Below are positions 29,165 to 38,055 of a stretch of DNA of 64,000 nucleotides, in pieces. How positions within the stretch are numbered: the first letter of the stretch is position 1; each line of letters opens with the position of its first letter. The stretch lies in IMG/VR virus record IMGVR_UViG_3300017963_000250; one strand, given 5' to 3'. Under the pieces are notes generated by a model. The model was not told where the DNA came from and did not search any database. It worked only from the letters and a program-made list of their open reading frames with translations. A program made the position numbers and the translations under genes. Origin of the DNA: an uncultured virus (IMG/VR IMGVR_UViG_3300017963_000250) (taxonomy: Duplodnaviria; Heunggongvirae; Uroviricota; Caudoviricetes).

Positions 29165-30517
29165 ATGACAGTATTTGTCCTCAACAAAAACAAGAAACCA
29201 CTGATGCCCTGCACCGAGCATCGGGCGAAAAAACTGATGGAGTCCGGACGCGCAGTCGTTCATAAGTGTTTCCCCTTTACCCTGCGAATCAAAACGTGTA
29301 TAGACGCGGAAGCGCCGGCCCTGCGCCTCAAGATATGTCAGGGCGCGAAACGTACCGGCATGGCGGTCTTGAACGGTAACAAGGTGATATTTCTGGTCGA
29401 GATCGGGCATAAAAACCCCCACATGAACATCCACAGCAGGGCATCCCTCCGACGCGGTCGCCGGCACCGCAAGACGAGGTACCGACCGGCCAGGTTCAAG
29501 AACCGGCGCAAACCGAAAGGGTGGCTACCGCCCTCCCTCTCATGTAGGGTCGACCAGATAATGCACGCAGTCAAAAAGATCCGCGATAGTCTGCCGATCG
29601 CCGAGCTCTCCGTCCAGACCGCCAAGTTCGACACGCAAAAGATGCACAATTCGGAGATATCCGGCGTGGAGTACCAGCAGGGCAAACTCGGCGGATACGA
29701 GGTACGCGAGTATCTCCTGGAAAAATGGGGCAGGAAATGCGTATACTGTGGAAAGAAAGACGTCGAACTCGGGATCGACCATATCGTACCGAAAGCACGC
29801 GGTGGATCGAATAGCGTCGAGAACCTGACGATCGCCTGCAAGACGTGCAACAGAAAAAAGGGCCGGAAAACGGCAGCGGAGTTCGGGCACCCGGAGGTGC
29901 TCGCCAAAGCGAAAAAACCGCTGAAAGAGGCGGCGTTCATGAACGCGATCCGGTCACGCGCCTACATGAGATTGCTCGATGTCTTCCTGCCTCAACGCAT
30001 AGAGGTCGGGACCGGCGCTATGACCAAGATGAACAGGATAACCGCCGGCCTGCCGAAACTCAAATGCCTCGATGCCTGCTGTGTCGGTGAAAGCACGCCG
30101 GAGAAACTGGATTTTACCGGTGTCAATTACTACCAGACATGGGATTACGTCGGACGCGGTAACCGCCAGATCTGCCAGCCGATAAACAAGGACGGATACC
30201 CGGTAAGGCACCGCAGCAGAAAAAAGTCGGTCGACGGCATCCAGACCGGCGACTTCGTCCTCGGCATGAAAAAAAACGGCGACAAGATGACCGGCCGGGT
30301 CAATATCCGCGCGTCGGGGAATTTCTACATACCGGTCAAAGGCGGCAAACGGTTCACGTTCACCCGCCGTAATACCCGCCTCATTCAGCACGGAGACGGA
30401 TGGCGATACGGCAAAAAGAAATTGCCAGAGGGGGTACAACCTGGTAATCGCAGGAGACAACACCATATATGCATAGAGAATGAGGGGGGAACGCCTCCAA
30501 GATTTACACCTCTGTGA
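29165..30517 (+). CDS. iscB: IscB RNA-guided endonuclease (PLMP, split RuvC, bridge helix, HNH); RuvC apparently inactivated
   Basis: N-terminal VFVLNKNKKPLMPC; Arg-rich bridge helix RRGRRHRKTRYRPARF.NR; HNH CVYC...DHIVPKARGGSNSVENLTIACKTCNRKKG; SD AAGGAGG. Confidence 0.93.
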   Translation: MTVFVLNKNKKPLMPCTEHRAKKLMESGRAVVHKCFPFTLRIKTCIDAEAPALRLKICQGAKRTGMAVLNGNKVIFLVEIGHKNPHMNIHSRASLRRGRRHRKTRYRPARFKNRRKPKGWLPPSLSCRVDQIMHAVKKIRDSLPIAELSVQTAKFDTQKMHNSEISGVEYQQGKLGGYEVREYLLEKWGRKCVYCGKKDVELGIDHIVPKARGGSNSVENLTIACKTCNRKKGRKTAAEFGHPEVLAKAKKPLKEAAFMNAIRSRAYMRLLDVFLPQRIEVGTGAMTKMNRITAGLPKLKCLDACCVGESTPEKLDFTGVNYYQTWDYVGRGNRQICQPINKDGYPVRHRSRKKSVDGIQTGDFVLGMKKNGDKMTGRVNIRASGNFYIPVKGGKRFTFTRRNTRLIQHGDGWRYGKKKLPEGVQPGNRRRQHHICIENEGGTPPRFTPL

Positions 30518-30934
30518 TTTTTTAAAGAACAGGAGCGTACATGGCAGAGTATATGGCAGAGTGCAGTTATTGTGGTCGCGAATATACAGAGAGCTACTGT
30601 ATCTGTGTTGGTGCGCAGATGCAACAGTTTTATACCGGCATTGTTCAGGACGACATTCGGCATCTAACAGCAGCCCTTGATAGGTTGACCTCTGTCCTTG
30701 AATATGGCAGGGCAAAAAAATGACCAGAAATTGTCGGAGGGGGGGGGTGATGGAGCCGTACAATGACGGGGCTATATCGCTTCTGCACGAACTTTTGGGG
30801 TATATCCACGATGATATATATGTGAAAGTTCCTCGTGGTGCAGTCAAAAAGGGGCAAAACATCAGGTTGACGAGGCATAACGATTTACTTGTTTTCGCCG
30901 ACAAAGTACGTGTTTTTCTGGATAAGGACAAGAT

Positions 30935-31498
30935 ATGACCAGATATATCGGGTATGCCAGGGTGAGCACCACGGACCAGGATCTTACGATGCAACTGGAC
31001 GAGCTCGAAGAGGTCGGGTGCAAGAAGATTTTCTCCGACAAGGTCAGCGGCGCGAAAGAGAAACGGCCCGGCCTGAACAAATGCCTCGCTTATCTCAAGG
31101 AGGGCGACACCCTCGTAGTATGGCGACTCGATCGGTTGGGGCGGTCGATGTTGCACCTCGTCCAAACCGTAAACGAGCTCAAAGAGAGGGGCGTCGCTTT
31201 CAAGTCGATCCGGGATGGCGCGATCGACACCAATACCGCGTCGGGCGAACTCGTCTTCAACATATTCTCGGCATTAGCGCAATTCGAACGGTCGATCATA
31301 CGCGAACGGACAATGGCCGGTCTCAAAGCGGCGCGGGCCAGGGGCAGGATCGGCGGCAGGAGGCCGATCACGGCGAAAGACCCGAAAGTGCGGGTGGCGA
31401 AAAAGATGCACGAGAACCACGAGATGAGCATTAAGAGTATTTGCAATACTCTTAAAATATCTCAGGCGACGTTTTATCGGTATCTGAAATTGAAATAG
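30935..31498 (+). CDS. Serine recombinase, resolvase/invertase family, with C-terminal HTH
   Basis: IGYARVST.DQ, GDTLVVWRLDRLGRS, ERT.AGL.AARARGR.GGR, ATFYRY. Confidence 0.93.
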   Translation: MTRYIGYARVSTTDQDLTMQLDELEEVGCKKIFSDKVSGAKEKRPGLNKCLAYLKEGDTLVVWRLDRLGRSMLHLVQTVNELKERGVAFKSIRDGAIDTNTASGELVFNIFSALAQFERSIIRERTMAGLKAARARGRIGGRRPITAKDPKVRVAKKMHENHEMSIKSICNTLKISQATFYRYLKLK

Positions 31499-31507
31499 GG
31501 AGGGGGA

Positions 31508-31550
31508 TTCACCGCAGAGGCGCAGAGGGCGCAGAGATAAGAGAAGAATT
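31508..31550 (+). repeat. Dispersed REP-like repeat, copy F (partial)
   Basis: TTCACCGCAGAGGCGCAGAGGGCGCAGAG. Confidence 0.75.
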
Positions 31551-31588
31551 AGGGGATGCTTTGACCGGTAGAGGGCAAAAGGAGGTAG

Positions 31589-32008
31589 ATGATGGCGAGA
31601 ATCAGGGTTCCAATTATGATCAGGTTGATCAGGGCAGCGAATAAAACGACCCAGAAGCAACTTGGAGAAGAGTTGACGGTAACGGCACAGACGGTGTCGA
31701 ACTGGGAGTCAGGCAAAACCACCCCACCAGCGAGAAAGTTGGAAAAATTGGTGAAAATGTTTGAAAGCATCAGTATATATGAAGACGAAAAGGGTGTGAC
31801 GTCTAGCAAAAAATCAGAGAAATGTGTCTGTTGTGGTAACGCCGAGCAAATTGGGAAGTCTAAATATTGTGGAACGTGCCTTGGAATTCGCGGCGAACTA
31901 ATAAGGTATACCAGATGGTTACATTATAGCAGGCGTGGGATACTTGAAGTGGGCACAGTGGTTGAGATGTACCTCGGGAGCAAAAAAAGATATGGGGTTG
32001 ACTATTGA
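31589..32008 (+). CDS. XRE HTH regulator with C-terminal Zn finger
   Basis: TQKQLGEELTVTAQTVSNWESGKTTP; CVCC...CGTC. Confidence 0.8.
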   Translation: MMARIRVPIMIRLIRAANKTTQKQLGEELTVTAQTVSNWESGKTTPPARKLEKLVKMFESISIYEDEKGVTSSKKSEKCVCCGNAEQIGKSKYCGTCLGIRGELIRYTRWLHYSRRGILEVGTVVEMYLGSKKRYGVDY

Positions 32009-32677
32009 GAGAGGGGTTAAAGTGACCACAAAAAACGAGAATGGCCTTGCCATCTGTGAAAGATGCAATCTCCCCATCAGGAAATGGGGGGAGGTGCATG
32101 TCAAAGACGCTCGTACCGGTGAGACAGAACGGATCATCTGCAAGCCATGCAACGCTGACGAACAACACGAAGCGTGGCGAGAGTCGGTGCAACCGATAGA
32201 GAGGGAAACCCATGTGCTACAGGAGAAGATCGAAAAAATGCTGAGTGCCGAAGGAGATGTCGACCAGACGGAATTTCTGAAGGTAGCTAATGGTCTGTTG
32301 TCTTTATTGCAGGTTATTTTGAGAGGAGAATGGAGGTAGATGATGGTGGGATGGTTAAATGTCGACCAAGTTCAAGAAGAATAGAAAGCGATGAGACGTG
32401 GTTCTATGACCATGGTCTTACCGGTATGGACATGTATACATTTGAAGACGATAAGTTGACATATTTCTCTATAGATGCATGAGGGGGTGACTATGCAGAT
32501 CAAAATTCATAAGGACAAGACGATGCACTTGATGGGGATGCTGGACGAGTGCAGTCGCCTTTTGTACGAATCCGTACAACCTGTGCCTGAAATTCCAAGA
32601 AAAGAACTTCTGGCTGAGGTCGAAAGGTATCTCACCGAGCTGTTCCAGGATGGGACACTCCAGATAGAGGAGAAAAC

Positions 32678-33031
32678 ATGAAAAACGATAACCGGTATAA
32701 CCAGTACAAGTATACTCCTGCGTCTGATAACACAAAGCTCAGAGGCAAAATGTCGCCAGAAACACTGGAGTTTGTCAGCAAAATGGCCAGGGCCAAAGTT
32801 GTCCTTGAGAAGATAGGGGATGAGCGCCGGCGGCAGGACGAAAAGTGGGGCGAACAGAACCATCACCCCTTGTATTGGATGGCGATTTTGCAGGAAGAGG
32901 TCGGTGAAGCGGCGAAGGCACTCGTAGAAAAAAAACTCGACGAGTACCGCACCGAACTGATCCAGTGTGCGGCGGTCGCCATGGCCGCGATCGAGTCGCT
33001 AGATCGCGGTGAGTGGAGGAGAGAACTATGA
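32678..33031 (+). CDS. MazG-like NTP pyrophosphohydrolase family protein
   Basis: ERRRQDEKWGEQNH...ILQEEVGEAA...ELIQCAAVA. Confidence 0.75.
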   Translation: MKNDNRYNQYKYTPASDNTKLRGKMSPETLEFVSKMARAKVVLEKIGDERRRQDEKWGEQNHHPLYWMAILQEEVGEAAKALVEKKLDEYRTELIQCAAVAMAAIESLDRGEWRREL

Positions 33032-33254
33032 ATTGTGTACTGTGCGGACTGACGCCGTGTAAACCCAGGGTCTATCTGGGGGTAAACGGGGATGTGAAAA
33101 TGTGCGAGACATGCTTCGATATAATCAGGCAAGCGATGATGGAGGAGTTTGCTGATAGGTTACACACACAATTTCACATGCCATTGATCGTTGAGGCATT
33201 TGAGCGTGGTGTACAATGTGGACAGGCGATGGCACAAAAACAGGAAAAACAAAC

Positions 33255-33548
33255 ATGACCGAGAAAATCAGGTTGCTCACCGTTACGGAGGCGGCAGAGA
33301 GGAAGCATTGCACCAGGAAGACCATCTATAACTGGATTGCCAGAAAGCTCCTCGACATTGAGTGGCATGGACTGCGCCGGTATATCGTCCAGAACGAGAA
33401 ATTCGAGAAGATGGAGCGGCAGGGAGCGGGCGAGTATCGGGCGTTGTTGAAAAAGATGAGGGAGGCAGAGTCCGAGATAAGCTCGCTAAAGGAAAAGATC
33501 GCCTCCCTGGCTACTAGGATAGAAAGGCTGGAGAATGGTTACTTATAG
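33255..33548 (+). CDS. Excisionase-like HTH protein with coiled coil
   Basis: LLTVTEAAERKHCTRKTIYNWI. Confidence 0.7.
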   Translation: MTEKIRLLTVTEAAERKHCTRKTIYNWIARKLLDIEWHGLRRYIVQNEKFEKMERQGAGEYRALLKKMREAESEISSLKEKIASLATRIERLENGYL

Positions 33549-33742
33549 TCACGATGAATTTTACTACGAAGATGGCGATAATTTTCGAGAAACGCTTTTC
33601 AACCGGCTATACAAGCATCACGAGCATATTATAGAGGAGTTCGGGTGGGAACTCAGTGAACAGGAGGAGTTATTTATCGACTATCATTACACGTCGCTTG
33701 TCGGCGCGTATATAGTACTGAAAAACCGGAGGGAGCAAGGCA

Positions 33743-34318
33743 ATGAACAGTGATACTGAATATTCAAAATGTCCAGTTTGTGGAGAAAAAACGACACTGC
33801 TGGAGAAAGAAGAAACTGAACGCTTCCTATATGGGGTTGGTAAAGACGCGGCGAAGCTGTCGGTTGTGGTGCCGGTGGTTTCTTGCTCTGAATGTAAGTT
33901 TGAGTTTACCGATTATCGGGCAGAGGAGATAAAGGATATTGCGATAGAAAGCCATCTTTCACTAATGGAATCTTTTGGTGAAACTGAGAGAGTGCTTATT
34001 CGTAAGTGTCTAAACCTCGATCGGGACGCGCCAACATTGATGTATTTCGGTCGAATTGTGGCGAAACTGTACAGGTTTTTGGTAACCGACGACCCCGGTT
34101 GGAGGGTGCGACTGGTTATAGAGGAAAAACGTCAGATAGAGGAAAGTGAGCGCGACACGGGAGATCGAAGAAAAGAGGCGTTGCCGGTACACAAACTGGT
34201 TGTCAAAATGGTAGATCTGCTTGACAAGAAGGCCAACAAAAAGATAGAGAAAATGGTAAATACACTATATGAAGGGAGCCAAAATGAGCGAAATGAGGAA
34301 ACGCAGGGAGGAGAATAA
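33743..34318 (+). CDS. Protein with YgiT/MqsA-type Zn finger
   Basis: CPVCG...VPVVSCSECKFEF. Confidence 0.55.
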   Translation: MNSDTEYSKCPVCGEKTTLLEKEETERFLYGVGKDAAKLSVVVPVVSCSECKFEFTDYRAEEIKDIAIESHLSLMESFGETERVLIRKCLNLDRDAPTLMYFGRIVAKLYRFLVTDDPGWRVRLVIEEKRQIEESERDTGDRRKEALPVHKLVVKMVDLLDKKANKKIEKMVNTLYEGSQNERNEETQGGE

Positions 34319-34718
34319 GCAGTTGCAGACAGAGCTTGAACCGTTGCTGGAGAAGGTGAAGGGGCAACATATAATTCAATGTTGTTGCGACTGTCGTGGC
34401 AATGTGGGCCTGGTCACGGATATCTACCGATGCCTGGAGATCGTCCAGAAACAACTTGGCAACGTTGTTCAGGAAAAGGATGAAGCGGATGAAGCGTGTA
34501 TTGAATGCCAATTGGGCAGAGACAGTGAGTGTAGCGACTGTCGGGACGCATTTGAGTCACTCAGAAGCGATCTCGCCGAAGAGAAGGGACGCAAGAAAAG
34601 ATGGAAAAAGCGCGCATTGAAATTGCAGAGAAAATATGACCTTGTGAAAATGGAACGCGAAGATGGGCGCAGCAAATGCCCAGAATGCGGTGATGCATCT
34701 TATCTGACGGAAAAGTAA
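34284..34718 (+). CDS. Coiled-coil/Cys protein, tandem paralog 1
   Basis: MSEMRKRREENKQLQTELEPLLEKVKG shared with the next gene. Confidence 0.65.
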   Translation: MSEMRKRREENKQLQTELEPLLEKVKGQHIIQCCCDCRGNVGLVTDIYRCLEIVQKQLGNVVQEKDEADEACIECQLGRDSECSDCRDAFESLRSDLAEEKGRKKRWKKRALKLQRKYDLVKMEREDGRSKCPECGDASYLTEK

Positions 34719-34741
34719 TAACAATCAGGAAGGGAGCCAAA

Positions 34742-35083
34742 ATGAGCGAAATGAGGAAACGCAGGGAGGAGAATAAGCAGTTGCAGACAGAGCTTGAACC
34801 GTTGCTGGAAAAGGTGAAGGGGCCGTCGGTTATGCCTTGCGACTGTCATGGCCATGTGAGCCTGGTCACCGATCTATTTCGGTGCCTGGAGATAGTCCAG
34901 AAGCAACTCAGCAACGTCTTGTTCGAGTTGAACGAATGGCGGGGCGAATGCGAAAATCTGGAATGGGCGATCGAGTTGCTTAAGCGCGATGTTGCCGAAC
35001 AGAAGGAGCGCAAGAAAAGATGGAAATGGCGCGCATTGAAACTCGGATACAAGGGGAAAACCGATGACCGAACCGAATCTTAA
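34742..35083 (+). CDS. Coiled-coil/Cys protein, tandem paralog 2
   Basis: Near-identical 5' DNA and RBS to the 34284 gene. Confidence 0.65.
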   Translation: MSEMRKRREENKQLQTELEPLLEKVKGPSVMPCDCHGHVSLVTDLFRCLEIVQKQLSNVLFELNEWRGECENLEWAIELLKRDVAEQKERKKRWKWRALKLGYKGKTDDRTES

Positions 35084-35486
35084 ACCGTGCCCGTTTTGCG
35101 GGTGCAAGCAGATCCGCGCCGGCAAGGCATATTCCGAACCCGGTTGGGTGTGCAAAGTCCATTGTGTCGCTTGCGAGGCGAACGTGGAGGATACCTTGCG
35201 CAAAGACGCCATCGCCTTGTGGAATTCGCGGATATGGCGCATAGAGACGCCGGAGACCGCCGCCGACGCCAACAGGATGCTTATGGAGAAAACCAAGAAG
35301 TACCTGGTCGACATCATCCTGACCCTGTACCAGAAACAGGGCGAACGCGAGGAGGAAATTATCGCCTCGCTCGCCGATGTGCGTTCGGTGGTGGAAAAAG
35401 TGTACTTGCCGTCGGAGATCGAGGACCTGCTCTCCGACGCATACGTGCCGTTTCGCGACCGGAAAAAGATGGAGAAATATTTATGA
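35064..35486 (+). CDS. Lar-family (restriction alleviation-like) Zn-finger protein
   Basis: LKPCPFCG...VHCVAC...AIALWNSR. Confidence 0.7.
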   Translation: MTEPNLKPCPFCGCKQIRAGKAYSEPGWVCKVHCVACEANVEDTLRKDAIALWNSRIWRIETPETAADANRMLMEKTKKYLVDIILTLYQKQGEREEEIIASLADVRSVVEKVYLPSEIEDLLSDAYVPFRDRKKMEKYL

Positions 35487-36283
35487 AATCATTGAGAATA
35501 CTTAGCCTAGGGGCAGGTGTCCAGAGCACCACGCTGCTGCATCTCGCACTAGCTGGCGAGATTCCGCGGCCAGATTATGCCATTTTTGCCGATACCGGAT
35601 GGGAGTCAATGGGGGTATACGGGCACTTGTTCGACCTGGAGGAAGCAAGCACGATTCCGGTCGAAACAGTAAGCGCCGGCAATATTCGCGACGATTGCCT
35701 TTCTGCTGTTCGAGGCAAATCTTTTGGATTTGCCTCGATGCCTTTTTTTACCCCTAATGGAGAGAATATAGAAGGGCGGTTACGTCGGCAGTGTACACGA
35801 GAGTACAAAATTGAACCGATCACAAAAAAGATACGCGAATTGCTCGGCGTGAAGCGCGTAACTAGCCAGCGAATAGAGCTACAGATCGGCATAAGCCTGG
35901 ATGAGATGCGCCGGTGCAAGAAAAACCGTGTACCTTGGATTACTAATACCTGGCCCTTGATTGACCTGCGCATGACCCGCAGGGATTGTCGCCAATGGCT
36001 CGAAATGCATGGCAAGAAGATCCCGCAGAAATCAAGCTGCATCGGCTGTCCATATCACGACGACCAGTGGTGGGTTGACTGCCGGGAAAACTCGCCGTTA
36101 GAGTGGCAAGATGCTGTCAGCTTTGACCAACAGATACGGCACTTGCCGCGTATAAAATCACCATGTTACCTGCACCGGTCGCTTTTGCCACTGGACGAGG
36201 CAATCGATCAGGCAAGCAAGGACAACGGGCAGAAACGATTTCCTTTTATGCTCGCAGAGTGCGAAGGCATGTGTGGAGTGTAA
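35483..36283 (+). CDS. PAPS-reductase-like adenine nucleotide alpha-hydrolase (phage DNA-modification associated)
   Basis: SLGAGVQST, FADTGWE, RQCTREYKI, IGISLDE, KSSCIGCPY; start refined to 35483. Confidence 0.8.
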   Translation: MKSLRILSLGAGVQSTTLLHLALAGEIPRPDYAIFADTGWESMGVYGHLFDLEEASTIPVETVSAGNIRDDCLSAVRGKSFGFASMPFFTPNGENIEGRLRRQCTREYKIEPITKKIRELLGVKRVTSQRIELQIGISLDEMRRCKKNRVPWITNTWPLIDLRMTRRDCRQWLEMHGKKIPQKSSCIGCPYHDDQWWVDCRENSPLEWQDAVSFDQQIRHLPRIKSPCYLHRSLLPLDEAIDQASKDNGQKRFPFMLAECEGMCGV

Positions 36284-36978
36284 AATAGCGAAAGGAGTAC
36301 CAATGAAGGAGATAACCGCATATAAATGCGAATGCTGCGATAATATCCATGAGGACGCCAGGGTGATGGCGTTCCATGAGAAAAAATGCGAAGAAAAGAT
36401 GCTGGCTCAGAAGGACGAGGATGACCGTTACAGCATGGCGATCAAGGTCAGTGAGGATACCCGCGATCAGTTGATAGAACTGCGCTAGGACCTCCGCGAC
36501 GCCAGAGAAATAAGAAAGGAGTGACCGATGCTGGACAAGGCGATACAGATGCTGGCGAAACGTTATAATATAGTCAAGATGGCGACGGACATGCTCGACT
36601 CCATACGCGAGGTACTGACCGACACCGACGTTCACTGCGACGTGCCGCGGGTGGAGGACGGCAAGATAAAGGTGCTCATTACCGCAGAGACTACCGACCC
36701 GATAAAAGCCGAGAAGCTCGACAAGCTCAAGACGATGCTGAAGGCGTTCGAGGAAAAGCACCCGACCATCTTCTCGAAGGTGGAGGTCGTTTTAGAGACG
36801 AAATTTGGCCGGCATTTGCTCATGGGATAAAAAAAATAACCCTGGTTGCCGCACAGTAGGCGAGTTACGAACTTCCCGTAAGGTAAAACATGGCAACAGG
36901 GTTATTGCATGGTATAAGTCTCTCTGGTATTATTATAATATATCGCGAAAAAAATTACAACAAGAAAGCGAGGACAGG

Positions 36979-37467
36979 ATGAAACTCAGCGAAAGCGAAA
37001 TGAAAGCGCGCGGCGACATGTTCCCCGGCGCGGAACACGTCGCGGACTACACGTCGCCGGACAAACGCGAAAAACCCCAGAATTTTTTCTATATGGTCTG
37101 TTCGGCGATTGGCGGACAGACGACCGGGATGAAGGGGATATACGACGACTTCGATATGGCTACCGGGGCGTGGATGGTGCTCCGGAACGAAATGTTGGCG
37201 GTTCATTGGGATGCGTTAAAGACGGCAAGGGAAATAGATGTAGACGGCAAGGTCAAAACCGAACTACTTATGTTTTTCGATATGACCACAAAGATTTTTT
37301 CCAAAATGCTGCCGGTGGTGATCCTCCTGTCGGAACTCGGGTCGGCGACCGACGGGTCGCTGCATCGGGTGCCCCTCATCATCAAGATCCCGGCAAACGT
37401 CGATCTCGATGAAATAGCCAAAGGCGATGACGAGACCGCGGATGACAACCAGGAAGACGAGGAGTAG
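36979..37467 (+). CDS. Hypothetical protein
   Basis: Start refined to MKLSE. Confidence 0.5.
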   Translation: MKLSESEMKARGDMFPGAEHVADYTSPDKREKPQNFFYMVCSAIGGQTTGMKGIYDDFDMATGAWMVLRNEMLAVHWDALKTAREIDVDGKVKTELLMFFDMTTKIFSKMLPVVILLSELGSATDGSLHRVPLIIKIPANVDLDEIAKGDDETADDNQEDEE

Positions 37468-38055
37468 CCCATGGATATGGTGTCGAAAATCAAGGAGGCG
37501 ATGGTGAATGACGGCGCTCTCGACACTCTCGACCGGATAGTCGGTGAAGTTTACAACGTCACCACCATCTCCTCGCTCCGCGAGGACTCCTCCTGCGAGG
37601 CGAAAAAACGCAAATTTATGGGAGGAACCGTCGTGTGCGAAATGCCGGCGTGGCACAAGCTCGACCTGGTGGATTTCCACGAGAAACGCGCGTTCTCGGT
37701 CAACATCTGTAACCGATGCCTCGTAAGATTCTTGAAAAAGAGCATACGGGTACTTTGCACGGAGCGATAACATGAACGAAAAACAGGCGGAAGAGATAAA
37801 AGCACTTCTCGTCGAGATAAGGGATTCACTGGCGGTAAAACCTCCAGAAGACGACACCATAGATGTGTTCGTTGCAAAAACAGATCGTCTGAAAAAGACC
37901 TGGTACCAACTCGATCAAAATATGAATCTATACTCGTACAAAATAAATGACCTCGGCGCTTACATCAACACGCAGGAAAGGTGTGACGCGATAAGGAGAG
38001 AAATGGAATATCTCGTTGAGGAGATCAAGAAGGGCGTGTTCGCGCTTTCTGAACG

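Noticed and set aside
29165..30517. Cas9 / type II CRISPR-Cas call
   Set aside because: 450 aa with a PLMP domain and no REC lobe, and no cas1/cas2 in the window. It is an IscB.
29954..31165. 403-aa minus-strand ORF, and similar long antisense ORFs (59112-60482, 50755-51648, 54385-55257)
   Set aside because: Shadow frames of well-supported genes on the opposite strand, with no motifs
29165..31498. IS607-like or IS200/605 transposon (nuclease plus recombinase)
   Set aside because: The recombinase has a C-terminal HTH (resolvase/invertase type), not the N-terminal HTH of IS607 TnpA. No Y1 transposase or element ends were seen.
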